DNA from: Candidatus Hydrogenedentota bacterium
GTDB lineage: Bacteria; Hydrogenedentota; Hydrogenedentia; Hydrogenedentales; Hydrogenedentaceae
DNA: 64,000 nucleotides
Assembly: GCA_026415215.1 (NCBI GenBank)
Contig: JAOAHN010000122.1
Span: 11,954-75,953 of the forward strand
Reading direction: 5' to 3'
The position numbers and the translations under genes were made by a program. Every line of letters begins with the position of its first letter. Within the stretch, counting starts at the first letter, position 1. The notes beneath the pieces were generated by a model. It was given only the letters and a program-made list of their open reading frames with translations, made no database searches and was not told the origin of the DNA. Of the stretch, positions 1 to 10,698 are shown piece after piece.

Positions 1-906
1 AACATAGAAAAAATTTTTTTGGGCAAGACAAAGACTGTAAAGCTTTGTATAGCGGGAGTACTTGCGAGGGGACACATACTTATTGAGGATGTTCCTGGGA
101 TAGGTAAGACTACATTAGCCCAGGCTATAGCTAAATCTATGAATTGTAAATTTAATAGAATCCAGTTTACGAGTGATATGCTTCCCTCTGATATTTTAGG
201 TGTTTCGGTGTTAAATCCTCAAAAAGCGGACTTTGAATTTAGAAGGGGACCCATATTTGCTAATGTGGTTCTTGCTGATGAGATAAATAGAACACCTCCT
301 AAAACTCAAAGTGCCTTATTAGAGGCTATGAGTGAATATCAGATTTCAATGGATGGGCAAACTTATCAACTTCCCAAACCATTTGTGGTGATTGCTACTC
401 AAAATCCTATTGAGTATGAAGGTACATACAGCTTACCGGAATCGCAGTTGGATAGATTCTTGCTTCGGCTTGATATAGGATATCCGCCATCTGAAGAAGA
501 AATGCTGATAATGCGACGAGGCGATGTTTTTAAGGAAATTAATGAGCTTTCTCCGGTAATTTCAGCCGAAGAAATCATAGAACTCCAAGAACATGTCAGG
601 AAAATAACGGTGGAGGATTCGGTGACTTTTTATATGCTCCAAATCGTTGAAAGGACGAGAACTCATCCTGATGTAGAATTAGGATTGAGTCCGAGAGGAA
701 GTCAGAGCTTATATGTGGCTTCCCAGGCTTGGGCTGTTATTAATGGTAGGGATTATGTTACGCCTAACGATGTCAAGGAGATGGCAGAGCCTGTTATAGC
801 TCACAGACTTATACTTAAGTCAAGAACTTTTAATCTCAGTAAGTTGGCTGAAGAAAGAAGAAAAGTCGTCCAAAATATTATTGATAATGTTCCCCTCCCG
901 AGATAG
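1..906 (+). CDS. MoxR-family AAA+ ATPase (5' end outside window)
   Basis: Frame is open from base 1. Walker A DVPGIGKT, RIQFTSDMLPSD, Walker B LADEINR, ATQNPIE and LDRF are MoxR motifs. Confidence 0.93.
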   Translation, partial: NIEKIFLGKTKTVKLCIAGVLARGHILIEDVPGIGKTTLAQAIAKSMNCKFNRIQFTSDMLPSDILGVSVLNPQKADFEFRRGPIFANVVLADEINRTPPKTQSALLEAMSEYQISMDGQTYQLPKPFVVIATQNPIEYEGTYSLPESQLDRFLLRLDIGYPPSEEEMLIMRRGDVFKEINELSPVISAEEIIELQEHVRKITVEDSVTFYMLQIVERTRTHPDVELGLSPRGSQSLYVASQAWAVINGRDYVTPNDVKEMAEPVIAHRLILKSRTFNLSKLAEERRKVVQNIIDNVPLPR

Positions 907-926
907 TTATTAGTTAAGATTCTTAT

Positions 927-2018
927 ATGACTCAAGGTAAACTTAAATTAAAGAAGAAAAATAGGTCTTTTCAGATAGGCGTAATACTGTTTTCTCTTCT
1001 TTTACTTCTCTCCGCGTGGAACAGTGGCAATAATATTTTGTATCTCGCTTTTGCCATAAGTTTTGCATTTTTAATAGTAGGAGAATTTTTTGGAAATTTT
1101 AATTTGGGTAAATTTAGAGTGTATGTTTTGGCGCCGGACCAAGTGGTAAAGGGTGAAATTGGAAATATATGGCTTAGATTGGAAAGTTTTAGAAAGCTAT
1201 TCCCATCTTTGGGGTTAAATGTAGAGATTATAATAAAATTTCAGTCGGGGGAAATTAAAAAAGTATTTGTAAAAAATGTGCCTATTGTGTTTCCTCTCCA
1301 AGGGGTAGATATTTCTTTCGGGTATATGTTTGGGAAAAGGGGTAAAGCACTCATAGAAAGGGTGATAGTGTATTCATATTTCCCATTCGGGTTAGTAAGA
1401 TATCAAGTAGACTATGAGTTAGATATTGAAATTTTAGTAACTCCTCGTTATAGGGCGCTAAACATCGAGGTTTTAGGAAATTACATTGGTGGGTGTAGGA
1501 TCCCCGTTAAAACTCTATTGTCAGAGTCGGGAGAATTCTACTCATTAAGAGAGTATCAACCAGGCGATGATATTAGATACATTGCTTGGAAGATTAGTGC
1601 TCGAGTGGGAGTTTGGCTGGTTCGAGAATGGGCAGTTAGCATGCCAAATCAATATGTCATCTATGTAGATTTAAGAACGAGGGGGACACAGGATGACGAA
1701 TCTTTTGAGGAGATGATTGAATTTACCGCATCTATTGTTTATTCTCTTTTAGGTAAGCAGTTTAAGGTAGGGCTGTATGTGGGAGGAGGGGAGAAAGTTC
1801 CAGTAAATGGGGGAAACGCTCATTTCTCATTGATCTTGCGAATTCTGGCTTTAGTTTCTCCAGAGAGACGATACGATATAGATGAAGATGTGTGGAAAAA
1901 GTTCTTAGCAGAAGGAAGAAACTCTCGTCTTTTGTTAATTTCGATTTTGCCCGAATTGTGGGATGAGGGATCTTTAAATGGTATGAAGGTAGCCGTGCCC
2001 GATGGGATTAGAAGATAA
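927..2018 (+). CDS. DUF58-domain protein (MoxR partner)
   Basis: N-terminal TM segments, the motif EFYSLREYQPGDDIRYIAWKISAR, and position directly after moxR. Confidence 0.88.
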   Translation: MTQGKLKLKKKNRSFQIGVILFSLLLLLSAWNSGNNILYLAFAISFAFLIVGEFFGNFNLGKFRVYVLAPDQVVKGEIGNIWLRLESFRKLFPSLGLNVEIIIKFQSGEIKKVFVKNVPIVFPLQGVDISFGYMFGKRGKALIERVIVYSYFPFGLVRYQVDYELDIEILVTPRYRALNIEVLGNYIGGCRIPVKTLLSESGEFYSLREYQPGDDIRYIAWKISARVGVWLVREWAVSMPNQYVIYVDLRTRGTQDDESFEEMIEFTASIVYSLLGKQFKVGLYVGGGEKVPVNGGNAHFSLILRILALVSPERRYDIDEDVWKKFLAEGRNSRLLLISILPELWDEGSLNGMKVAVPDGIRR

Positions 2019-4272
2019 GGAAATAAGGACATTAAGAATAATTTCTGATTTGTTGACAGTTGGTATAGTGGTTGTTTCTTACTTGGCTCTTTCTGCAGTT
2101 CCTGAGTATGGGTTTGCAGTGTTGTTTGTTCCTATTGTACCTATATTTTTAAGTTTTTTTGTGCATAAATTAAAGGAAACAGTTCCTTACTACAGCAAGA
2201 TAGTTCAAATCCCCCTGCTCTGTCTTGGCCTGTCCCTGCCAGTAACTGTGCCCATTTTAGGCATTTTACACACCGTGATGTTGTTAACCTCTGCTATTCA
2301 GTTAACACTATTAATATACCCAAAGGGTATTAGGGAATATCTATATTTAGTCTTCATGAGTTTCTTTCTCTTTTTAGGTGCTGGAGCACAAGCTCCAGAG
2401 CCATCTGTTGGACTGTCAGTGGTATTTTTTGTTAGTTTTGTAGTCATTTTGCTCCCGCTTGTTATGATGTCCGAGCTTATAACGAGACCAGGATATGTTG
2501 AGTATGCGAAGGTTAATTTAGTTACTCCGGGTAACCTTCTTTTTGCAAGAAGGTATTATATATGGGCGATGTTTGCAACTATATTTGTTATAGTGTGGAG
2601 CTTGGTTTTTGTGGGATTTGTTTATACCCCCAGAGTAGAGGCTGGGTTGCTTGGTAGAGATATAGGTCTGCGCGCAAGAACGGGGATACCTCAATCTGTC
2701 TCGCTTAGAGGTGGGCAATCTATCGAGCTTTCTCCTACGCCTGTTCTTAGTGCCTATTTCCCGAATGCAGGTGAGCGTCAACCTTTACCTGAGAGTAAAC
2801 TCTATTGGAGAATTACCACGCTTCCTGCTTATTTAGGCAATCAGTGGCGAAGATGGCCTTTAGAACGCTCTTACGAGCCTTCTGAGAGTGAGAATTTTTT
2901 ATACATTCTGCGTCAGGTCCAGATAAGGCAGGGTGGTGAGAACACAACGGGTATTGACTTTAGTTTAGGAAGAAGAATGCCATATTTGAGGGTTGCATAC
3001 GAAGTTTATCTTGATAACTTGCCGGAAGTTGGAATTCCCTTGTTGGATAAACCCCAGAGTGTTTCGGTCCCGAGGACTGGCTCACAAATTTTAGTAGGTT
3101 GGGATAATACGAAGGATGCCACCGCAGTAGTAGCAACGCCAGGAGTTAGAAGATTAGTATATACGGCGGTTTCGGATGTAGTTGACTGGGTTCCTGAGAA
3201 ATTGGTAGAGGCGAAAGATAATTATAATGAGTTATTAAATACACAAGATTATAAAGTTTTGACACAGGAGGACCTTTCTGAAAGGGCTAAAAGAGTGATT
3301 CAGGAGGTTGTTAGTGGGAAAGAAAGAGTCTACGATAAAGTTAAAGCTATAGAAGATTGGTTATCAGGTCCCGAGTTCAGGTATACATTGAATGTACCGC
3401 CTTTACCAATAGATAAGCCAATAGATGCCTTTCTGCTCGAGGTTAAGAGTGGTCATTGCGAATTATTTGCATCTGCTATGGCTCTTGCAGTGAGAAGCCT
3501 CGGGATCCCCGCGAGGGTTGTTTCAGGCTATCGAGGAGGCGAGTGGGATCCCAATACAAGGTCTTATCTCGTAAGAGAGGGTATGGCTCATTTATGGGTG
3601 GAGGTATTGTTTTTAGATTACGGTTGGGTTCCCTTTGACCCATCGCCGAGAGGAGCGGATTTTCTACTGGTAGAGAATAGATACTTACAGATATTGACGA
3701 GGCTATTACTGAGGGGGAAAATTTTTTGGTACAGGAGGGTTGTGGGTTTTGATAGGGGGGTTCAAATTCCAAGTTTAGAATTTCTTAACATGGGCATATT
3801 TAGGGATATTGATGAATTAATTAATCCTGGTGGCAATAGAATGATACCATCTACTTCTTTATTTGTAGTGGGGTTGGTTTTCTTATTTTCTGTTATTGCG
3901 AGTCTAAGAATTCTAATTTTCTTATGGAAGTTTATAAAGATGTTTTTGAATTTTAGTTTGCGAAGGGAGCACCGTAGAATTGCAAGGTTTTCATCTGACC
4001 AGCTCCAAGCAAGGAAGCTTTTCTTAATGTTTGAAAAGGTTAGCAAAAAAGCAGGGTGGGATATTTCTAATATGACTGCAGAAGAAATAGAGAAATACAT
4101 TACTGAAATAAATTTAGAATTAAAAGATGAGATTAGGGACTTTCTAAGGGAGTATAACGAGGTAAGGTTTGGATTAAAAAATTGGGGAATAGGAAAGGCA
4201 TCTTATTGGCGTAGAAAAATTTTAAATTGGTTTCGTCCTTTTTCTGACTACTTTAACAATGTAAGGACTTAG
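2002..4272 (+). CDS. Membrane-bound transglutaminase-like protein (DUF3488/TgpA type)
   Basis: Multi-TM N-terminus; Cys-His-Asp triad motifs GHCELFA, AHLWVEV and WVPFDPSP. Confidence 0.88.
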   Translation: MGLEDKEIRTLRIISDLLTVGIVVVSYLALSAVPEYGFAVLFVPIVPIFLSFFVHKLKETVPYYSKIVQIPLLCLGLSLPVTVPILGILHTVMLLTSAIQLTLLIYPKGIREYLYLVFMSFFLFLGAGAQAPEPSVGLSVVFFVSFVVILLPLVMMSELITRPGYVEYAKVNLVTPGNLLFARRYYIWAMFATIFVIVWSLVFVGFVYTPRVEAGLLGRDIGLRARTGIPQSVSLRGGQSIELSPTPVLSAYFPNAGERQPLPESKLYWRITTLPAYLGNQWRRWPLERSYEPSESENFLYILRQVQIRQGGENTTGIDFSLGRRMPYLRVAYEVYLDNLPEVGIPLLDKPQSVSVPRTGSQILVGWDNTKDATAVVATPGVRRLVYTAVSDVVDWVPEKLVEAKDNYNELLNTQDYKVLTQEDLSERAKRVIQEVVSGKERVYDKVKAIEDWLSGPEFRYTLNVPPLPIDKPIDAFLLEVKSGHCELFASAMALAVRSLGIPARVVSGYRGGEWDPNTRSYLVREGMAHLWVEVLFLDYGWVPFDPSPRGADFLLVENRYLQILTRLLLRGKIFWYRRVVGFDRGVQIPSLEFLNMGIFRDIDELINPGGNRMIPSTSLFVVGLVFLFSVIASLRILIFLWKFIKMFLNFSLRREHRRIARFSSDQLQARKLFLMFEKVSKKAGWDISNMTAEEIEKYITEINLELKDEIRDFLREYNEVRFGLKNWGIGKASYWRRKILNWFRPFSDYFNNVRT

Positions 4273-4300
4273 AGCGTGTATATCTTGGTTTTGTGTAGGA

Positions 4301-5578
4301 TCATGTTCTTTTTTTATAGCTATTCACGAAGATTATCACTTGGTCAGGATCGGTAGTTGTTAATACGATTTCAGGTAGCAGGTCTCCGTTTAAATCACTC
4401 GAATCTATAGCTCGGGGGGTACCAGACTTTAATTGGTAAGTTTCCGACTTAAATTTGTTTAACTCTGATGTTTTTTTTGTGTCTATTCCGTTGTTAATAT
4501 ACACCACTAATGTTCGAGAGAGTTTTTCTGCTAAAGCTATGTCTGGAAAACCGTCTGAGTTGAAATCCGCAACTGTAAAGTCTGTTATTTCAAAATTAAT
4601 AGAACCTATCTCTTTCGAAACCTCGAGAGTTTTGGAGGTTTGGTATGAGAAAGGTTCTCCTGTGTTGTAAATTATTTCGATTGGGCTATCTGCTTTTCTG
4701 AATGCTACGATTAAGTCTTCATTCTTATCTCGATTAATATCTGAAGTGATTATTTTATTTGGGTATCTTCCCTTGGTTTTTATACTTGATATTCTTTCAA
4801 ATGTCAAATCTTGATTACCCTTCATTAGAACTACCTCATCTTGATTGAACAGTAAGATTGCAAGATCAAATATACTGTCATTATTAAAGTCCGACACAGC
4901 CAATGCTCTCGGTCCTCCTTTCATTAATATTGATGAATGTAATTTTAGTGTCTCCTTCAAATCCCCGAGGTGAATAAAAATGGTATCGCACGACCAACCT
5001 GTGGAAATCACATCGTTTAGCCCATCTCTGTTAATATCTTTAACTACCAAAGATGTTAATCCAGGTGTAGTAAATATAGGTAATTCATCCCCATCAAGAA
5101 CCTGGGTATATTTAAGATTTTCATCCGGAATTTTAATGGAGTTAACTGTAAAAATGTTCTCGTCCTTTAGATTGTTGAATATTTGTATGTCTTGACTCTT
5201 TTTAGCGAGAAAGTTCACTACTACTATATCTAACCACTTTTGGGCATCCATATTTGCTATTGCTATGTCATATGGAGCAAAGTCTGTTTTAAGTGTGGGA
5301 TGGAGTTTCACATAGTTTATTGGGCCCTGTGATAGTAATATGGAAAGTTCATCATTAGCGGGTCGTTCCTCACGGGGATTTCTCATGATGCCTCTGTCCG
5401 CTGTAACAATGTCAGGAATATTGTCACCGTTTAGGTCCCCTAATGCGATTCGAGAGGGGTTAGGTCCTACCTGAAAAAATTTGGGATGGGTTGTAAATGT
5501 TTGGGGATATGTGTTGTGGAAGAGGCAGGTTACAATTACCAAAATGAAAACGCTCTTGTGCAAGTACCCATTAGGCAT
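4301..5578 (-). CDS. Secreted FG-GAP/VCBS repeat beta-propeller protein
   Basis: Signal-like N-terminus and repeated D-x-N-x-D-G-x-x-D motifs (GDLNGDNIPD, DINRDGLND, DFNSDGFPD). Confidence 0.8.
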   Translation of the reverse strand: MPNGYLHKSVFILVIVTCLFHNTYPQTFTTHPKFFQVGPNPSRIALGDLNGDNIPDIVTADRGIMRNPREERPANDELSILLSQGPINYVKLHPTLKTDFAPYDIAIANMDAQKWLDIVVVNFLAKKSQDIQIFNNLKDENIFTVNSIKIPDENLKYTQVLDGDELPIFTTPGLTSLVVKDINRDGLNDVISTGWSCDTIFIHLGDLKETLKLHSSILMKGGPRALAVSDFNNDSIFDLAILLFNQDEVVLMKGNQDLTFERISSIKTKGRYPNKIITSDINRDKNEDLIVAFRKADSPIEIIYNTGEPFSYQTSKTLEVSKEIGSINFEITDFTVADFNSDGFPDIALAEKLSRTLVVYINNGIDTKKTSELNKFKSETYQLKSGTPRAIDSSDLNGDLLPEIVLTTTDPDQVIIFVNSYKKRT

Positions 5579-5581
5579 TTT

Positions 5582-6583
5582 TTAAGAGTCCTTTACTTTT
5601 GAAAGTTTGATAGCGAGGTCGATTGCTGAGACTAAACTTTTCTCTGATGCTACCCCTTTGCCTGCTATATCAAAAGCTGTGCCATGGTCTACGGATGTGC
5701 GGATGATTGGTAGTCCAAGTGTTATATTCACCCCTTCATCCATAGCTACTAACTTTAGTGGAATATGTCCTTGGTCGTGGTACATTGCCACTACTGCATT
5801 AAACTCACTTAGCCAGAGCCTCCGAAACACTGTGTCGGGAGGGTAAGGGCCTGAACAGGGTATACCTTTTGCTCTGCATACCTTTACAGCAGGTTCTATT
5901 ATCTCTATTTCTTCTTTCCCAAATAACCCATTTTCTCCTGCGTGAGGATTTAAACCTGCGACCGCTATCCTTAATTCTGAATGATAAATTTTTTTTAGTT
6001 GCTCATAACATATCTCTATCGTTCTAATTAGTGGTTCTAACCTGATTTTAGATATAGCTTCAAGTATCGATAAGTGTCCCGTATGGTGAACAATCCATTT
6101 CTCTTTGGTGTATAAAGTCATACGGTAATCTTTAGTTCCCGTTAAGTGCGCAATCATAGTGGTATGACCGTCGTAGGGGATGTTTGCTTTTGCTAACCCA
6201 TCTTTGGTTATCGGAGCGGTTACTATAGCATCGACTCGTTTTTCTAATGCCCATGCTACTGCTTGTCTTATCCACTCAGTAGATGCTATGCTGTTCTCGG
6301 GATAGATGTGGCCTGGGTCAAATGGAAGTGTCTCATAACCTAATTCTGTTATTCCAAGAGACAATTGGTCAGAAATAAGTTCCTCAGGAGAGAGGATATC
6401 TTCTGGTATGACTGACGAATTTAACAACTTTGCATAGTAGGTGTAAGCTTTTAAATTCCCAACAACTATGAATCGAGCCTTTTTGTATATATGTTGGTCG
6501 GTTAATGCCTTAACTATAATTTCTGGGCCGATTCCATTTATGTCGCCCATAGTTATAGCTATGATAGGTAGAGTGTCCATCAT
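5582..6583 (-). CDS. pdxA: 4-hydroxythreonine-4-phosphate dehydrogenase family
   Basis: ITMGDINGIGPE, GLNPHAGE, MYHDQG and RTSVDHGTAFDIAGKG. Confidence 0.93.
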   Translation of the reverse strand: MMDTLPIIAITMGDINGIGPEIIVKALTDQHIYKKARFIVVGNLKAYTYYAKLLNSSVIPEDILSPEELISDQLSLGITELGYETLPFDPGHIYPENSIASTEWIRQAVAWALEKRVDAIVTAPITKDGLAKANIPYDGHTTMIAHLTGTKDYRMTLYTKEKWIVHHTGHLSILEAISKIRLEPLIRTIEICYEQLKKIYHSELRIAVAGLNPHAGENGLFGKEEIEIIEPAVKVCRAKGIPCSGPYPPDTVFRRLWLSEFNAVVAMYHDQGHIPLKLVAMDEGVNITLGLPIIRTSVDHGTAFDIAGKGVASEKSLVSAIDLAIKLSKVKDS

Positions 6584-6625
6584 TTAAGCCCTTCGAAATA
6601 GATACTATATGGTTATTATATTATA

Positions 6626-6672
6626 GAAAAACCAGACTAAATGGGTTGTTGAGATAACCACATTTAGTCTGG
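6626..6672 (-). terminator. Intrinsic terminator after the DUF1559 gene
   Basis: Perfect 12-bp stem CCAGACTAAATG (6632-6643) / CATTTAGTCTGG (6661-6672), followed by TTTTTC on the minus strand. Confidence 0.8.
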
Positions 6673-6702
6673 CGTAATTTTTATAATCTCTCAATAATTC
6701 TT

Positions 6703-7695
6703 TTATGTAAGGGCAGAAACGAGAACACCTATTACTACTGCTACTGCTTGGGTGACAGGAGGAGTTCCCCCAACTGGTTGATATCTTATAAATTCAACAT
6801 GTCCGTCCATGTACAGTACATTTGACCCACCAGGTATATGATTGTAATCTGAAGCACTTACTGCTACTTTATCAAAAATAATCGGCAGAGTGCTCTGGGC
6901 TTTTGCGCTTGCGGAAGGATTATTAATGTCAGTTATGAGGAACCTTTCTATTCCTTCTCTCAATCTATATACTGTATTTGTTCCAGCGTTTCCATAACCT
7001 TGAAGTGTGCTACTGGATATGTCGGAATCTACTATTCTAAATATAGTAGAATGGTCTTTGTTGTTAACTGCAGTTACTAATTCGGGAGTAGCAAGAGCAA
7101 GCAATCCGTAAACAAGTTGGGCGGGTGCGTTAGTTGGTGTATTGGGAGGCAGAGTTATAGGTCCTGCACCTAAAGAGTTTAGGACATTTACCATAGGAGT
7201 TACATCAACCATTGGCCATTCATCTCCTATGCGGTCCATAACAAGGCCCAGATAAATGTAGCTTGAGTCCATAGCAGAGGCACAGGAGAAAGTATCGTTT
7301 GTGTAATAGTTTATGCACCATTCATCTCTGTCAGGGTATTTCGCTCTTGATATTGATTGCCGATAATCTGCATCGGAGGGACAAAAGGCTATCATTGGAT
7401 CGTTAAGATACTCGGGGTAAATCAAAAATGTACTTGGACATAGGTCCGCTCTTACCTCAATACTGCCTTGAATTGTAGGATAGGCTCCAAATTGGACCGG
7501 AGGAAATTTTTCGCCTTTTGCTTCGTTACTATACATTTTTAGCACTAATCCCCATTGCTTTAGATTGTTTTGACAGCTCGACCTGCGTGCTGCCTCTCTT
7601 GCCCTTGCCAGTGCAGGTAATAAAATCGCTGCAAGGATGCCGATAATAGCAATAACCACAAGTAACTCTATCAGAGTAAATCCTACTTTTTTCAT
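6703..7695 (-). CDS. Prepilin-type N-terminal cleavage / DUF1559 protein with C-terminal H-X9-DG motif
   Basis: [18 protein letters not shown]...[16 protein letters not shown] and [15 protein letters not shown]. Start moved to ATG 7695, which has a GGAGA SD. Confidence 0.9.
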   Translation of the reverse strand: MKKVGFTLIELLVVIAIIGILAAILLPALARAREAARRSSCQNNLKQWGLVLKMYSNEAKGEKFPPVQFGAYPTIQGSIEVRADLCPSTFLIYPEYLNDPMIAFCPSDADYRQSISRAKYPDRDEWCINYYTNDTFSCASAMDSSYIYLGLVMDRIGDEWPMVDVTPMVNVLNSLGAGPITLPPNTPTNAPAQLVYGLLALATPELVTAVNNKDHSTIFRIVDSDISSSTLQGYGNAGTNTVYRLREGIERFLITDINNPSASAKAQSTLPIIFDKVAVSASDYNHIPGGSNVLYMDGHVEFIRYQPVGGTPPVTQAVAVVIGVLVSALT

Positions 7696-7817
7696 AAATA
7701 GTCTCCTATCTTGGAATTTAGTAACGCCATTTGATATTCTCTTAAGATATATGACCATGCTTCTGTACAAACAGTTTCATTTCTAACAATTTCGTGATAA
7801 ACAGTTGGAGGTCAACT

Positions 7818-8222
7818 ATGAAAAAGTTGCTATGTTATGTGATACTCTTTGTCGTGGTATCTTTCTTTCAGGGATGTTTTTGGCCCTCTACTCAAGAAGG
7901 GAAACTAACACTTTTATCGGATAAAATTGGCTTGTCTGTAGAAGGACCTCATGGATTCTATGGTACTATAACTAAGGAGAGTATAACCGATTCGGACTGG
8001 GATTTCTCAGGAGAGTTCACATTTCCTAACTCGCTCTACTTTTATCTCGGCTTTACTCATAAAGTAGAAGAGAGCTACCCAGAAAATATAGTTATTGAGT
8101 TGTATGTTAAGAGGTCACTTTTAGGTGAGCTAATAGCTCCAAGTGAGAAGAAAGTAAGAATCGAGAAGAAAATTAATGCTTCCAATGAGGCAAAATTCCG
8201 AGTAGTATTTAATACTTTTTAG
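7818..8222 (+). CDS. Hypothetical lipoprotein
   Basis: GGAGG SD before ATG 7818; signal peptide ending FFQGC (lipobox-like). Confidence 0.6.
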   Translation: MKKLLCYVILFVVVSFFQGCFWPSTQEGKLTLLSDKIGLSVEGPHGFYGTITKESITDSDWDFSGEFTFPNSLYFYLGFTHKVEESYPENIVIELYVKRSLLGELIAPSEKKVRIEKKINASNEAKFRVVFNTF

Positions 8223-8248
8223 CGGGAGAAGTTCTGATTAGTTACAGC

Positions 8249-8833
8249 ATGAATAGCAAAGAGGAGATTAGAAAAAGTTTAATTACTGTTTTGAGGTTAT
8301 TGACCCCATCTGAGGTGAGAGAAAAAAGTATTTATATTGTAGAGAAGATTTTAGCTACTCCACAATACAAGATGAGTAAAGATGTTTTTTCTTATGTGCC
8401 CGATGGTAAGTGGGAGGTAGATGTTACCCTTCTGATACACAAAGCATTTGCTGATGGTAAAAGAGTCTGGGTCCCAAGGATTGATGGTGAAAACCTTGTT
8501 TGGCACAATATAGATGAGAAGAAGATGTCAAAACTCGTAAAAAATATATGGGAGATTCCTGAACCTTTGCCTTTTTGGGAACCTTTAGTCGTGCAAGCCG
8601 ATAGTGATGCTGTGTGTATAGTTCCAGGTATAGCATTTGATAGATTTGGTAACAGAATTGGGAGGGGAAAAGGCTTTTTTGACCGTTTTTTGAAAAAATC
8701 AAGATGTTATGCTATAGGAGTGTGTTTTACTTTCCAAATAGTTCAGAGGTGTCCTTGGAAAGTTTGGGATGTTAGAATGAATAAAGTAATTACTGAAGAT
8801 TATGAATTCACTATTTTAAATCCTGGAGGTTGA
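8249..8833 (+). CDS. 5-formyltetrahydrofolate cyclo-ligase
   Basis: IVPGIAFDRFGNRIGRGKGFFDR signature. Confidence 0.92.
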   Translation: MNSKEEIRKSLITVLRLLTPSEVREKSIYIVEKILATPQYKMSKDVFSYVPDGKWEVDVTLLIHKAFADGKRVWVPRIDGENLVWHNIDEKKMSKLVKNIWEIPEPLPFWEPLVVQADSDAVCIVPGIAFDRFGNRIGRGKGFFDRFLKKSRCYAIGVCFTFQIVQRCPWKVWDVRMNKVITEDYEFTILNPGG

Positions 8834-8848
8834 AAACGGTTTTAGTTT

Positions 8849-9673
8849 ATGGATTATGAGTTTGCACCTCTTTCTATTGGGGAAACATGTTTTCAGTACT
8901 TAAAAGAAGGAACGGGAAACCCCATAGTTTTTGTACACGGTTTCTCATCTCCTATGTGTATTTGGGACAGAAATTTTTACTTTTTGAATGAGCACGGCTT
9001 TTCAGTTCTGCGATATGACCTATATGGGAGGGGAAGATCGGGGAAACCGAGAGTTGGATATACATTAGAACTATTTGTAACTCAGTTAAAAGAGCTATTA
9101 GATTATTTAAATATCAGAGGAGAGGTTAGTTTAGCCGGTTTGAGTATGGGGTGCTCTATATGCGCGAGTTTTACGATAAACTTCCCTGAGAGGGTCAAGG
9201 ATTTAATATTAATCGCCCCTGCTGGCTTGGGAGAAAAGAGTTTCACAATGAAGTTAATTACACTTCCCATTATAGGAACTTTTCTTTACGAATTGGTAGG
9301 CAAAAAAATGTTGGTTAAAGGTGTGTTAGATACGATAGGAGACGATCCAGAGGGTAGAAAGTATATCCTAAGAGAATATGAGTTTCAAATAGCGGACCCA
9401 ATGTATAGGTATGCCCTAATATCTACACTTAAGTATGGTCCTTTATATGGATTAGATTGGTTATATAGAAGATTGGGATTGTTAGAAAATAAAAGAGGAG
9501 CGCTTATCTGGGGAACTTCGGATAATGTAGTTCATTTTAGCTTGCACAAGGAGATTTTAAATTTAGTTCCTTGGTTGTCATTTTTCCCAATTGAAGGTGG
9601 CACACATGTAGTTAATTTTCAAAAGTCGGAGATAGTAAATAGAGTACTGTTAAATTCATTACAGGTAAAATAA
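8849..9673 (+). CDS. Alpha/beta hydrolase
   Basis: FVHGF, DLYGRGRS, nucleophile elbow GLSMG and C-terminal His (GGTH). Confidence 0.88.
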   Translation: MDYEFAPLSIGETCFQYLKEGTGNPIVFVHGFSSPMCIWDRNFYFLNEHGFSVLRYDLYGRGRSGKPRVGYTLELFVTQLKELLDYLNIRGEVSLAGLSMGCSICASFTINFPERVKDLILIAPAGLGEKSFTMKLITLPIIGTFLYELVGKKMLVKGVLDTIGDDPEGRKYILREYEFQIADPMYRYALISTLKYGPLYGLDWLYRRLGLLENKRGALIWGTSDNVVHFSLHKEILNLVPWLSFFPIEGGTHVVNFQKSEIVNRVLLNSLQVK

Positions 9674-9695
9674 TCTTTTTTAGAAGGGTGTTTAT

Positions 9696-10676
9696 ATGGA
9701 GTATTCGAAGATTTTAGAAACTGTATGGGGCTTTAGAGAATCAAGGGTTCTTTTGACCGCAGTGGAGTTAGACCTTTTTACTCTCTTGTCAGATGAGAGA
9801 TTGTCTCTTCAAGAAATCTGTAAGAAGTTAGATTCAGATACCCGTGCTACTCAGTACCTGCTTGATGCACTTTCAGCAATGGGTTTCCTGATGAAAGAAA
9901 ATGATAGGTATATAGTTGCCCCAGAATTTTCTATGTATCTAAGTAAGGATAGCACTGAAAGTATCATACCCATCCTTGAACATTCCGCTAATCTATGGCA
10001 GAGGTGGAGTCAACTAACTGATATAGTAAAAGGAAGAATGATTACTATAAAACCTGTAGAAGAAATGAGTCCTGAACAACTAAGATCGTTTATTCTCGGG
10101 ATGCATGTCCTCGCTAAAAGAGTATCAAAACAGTTATTAAGTAAATTAGGTCCGGTTTCCTTTAAGAGAATGTTGGATGTAGGAGGGGCAACTGGAACTT
10201 ACACTGAGGCTTTTCTAAGTATTAATCCTGAGATGAGGGGCACCATTTTTGACTTACCGCCGGTAATTGAACTGGCTAAGGAAAGGCTCAAAGATTCGCC
10301 TTATTTTTCCCGTATAGACTTTGTGTCAGGGGATTATTATAAAGATGATTTACCAATGGGGTATGATTTCATTTGGCTCTCCGCTGTAATTCATCAAAAC
10401 AGTAGAGAGCAAAATGTGGAACTATATAGGAAGTGTCACAGCTCACTTGAAAAAGGTGGCATAGTGTGGATTAGAGACTATGTTATGTCTTCAGATAGAA
10501 CTTATCCAAAGGCAGGGGCTCTTTTTGCTATAAATATGTTAGTAGCAACTCAAGGTGGTGGTACATATACATTTGAAGAAATAGAGGAAGATTTACAGAA
10601 AGCAGGTTTTGAGAAAATCCATTACAAAATTAAGGGGGAACAAATGGATACGGTAATCGAAGCTATAAAAGAGTAA
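9696..10676 (+). CDS. SAM-dependent O-methyltransferase with dimerisation domain
   Basis: AVELDLF N-domain, LDVGGATG, IFDLPPV and LSAVIH. Confidence 0.88.
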   Translation: MEYSKILETVWGFRESRVLLTAVELDLFTLLSDERLSLQEICKKLDSDTRATQYLLDALSAMGFLMKENDRYIVAPEFSMYLSKDSTESIIPILEHSANLWQRWSQLTDIVKGRMITIKPVEEMSPEQLRSFILGMHVLAKRVSKQLLSKLGPVSFKRMLDVGGATGTYTEAFLSINPEMRGTIFDLPPVIELAKERLKDSPYFSRIDFVSGDYYKDDLPMGYDFIWLSAVIHQNSREQNVELYRKCHSSLEKGGIVWIRDYVMSSDRTYPKAGALFAINMLVATQGGGTYTFEEIEEDLQKAGFEKIHYKIKGEQMDTVIEAIKE

Positions 10677-10698
10677 TTTCTCTTTTTCACTTTATTTT

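Noticed and set aside
7696..7770. Upstream start extensions in the ORF track (also 12378, 22518, 28173, 38885, 44403, 45869, 59353 and 62587)
   Set aside because: Downstream starts have better SD sequences or match the family N-terminus.
8222..8249. 6S RNA, often found upstream of 5-formyl-THF cyclo-ligase genes
   Set aside because: The gap is only 26 nt and the upstream DNA is a plausible lipoprotein gene.
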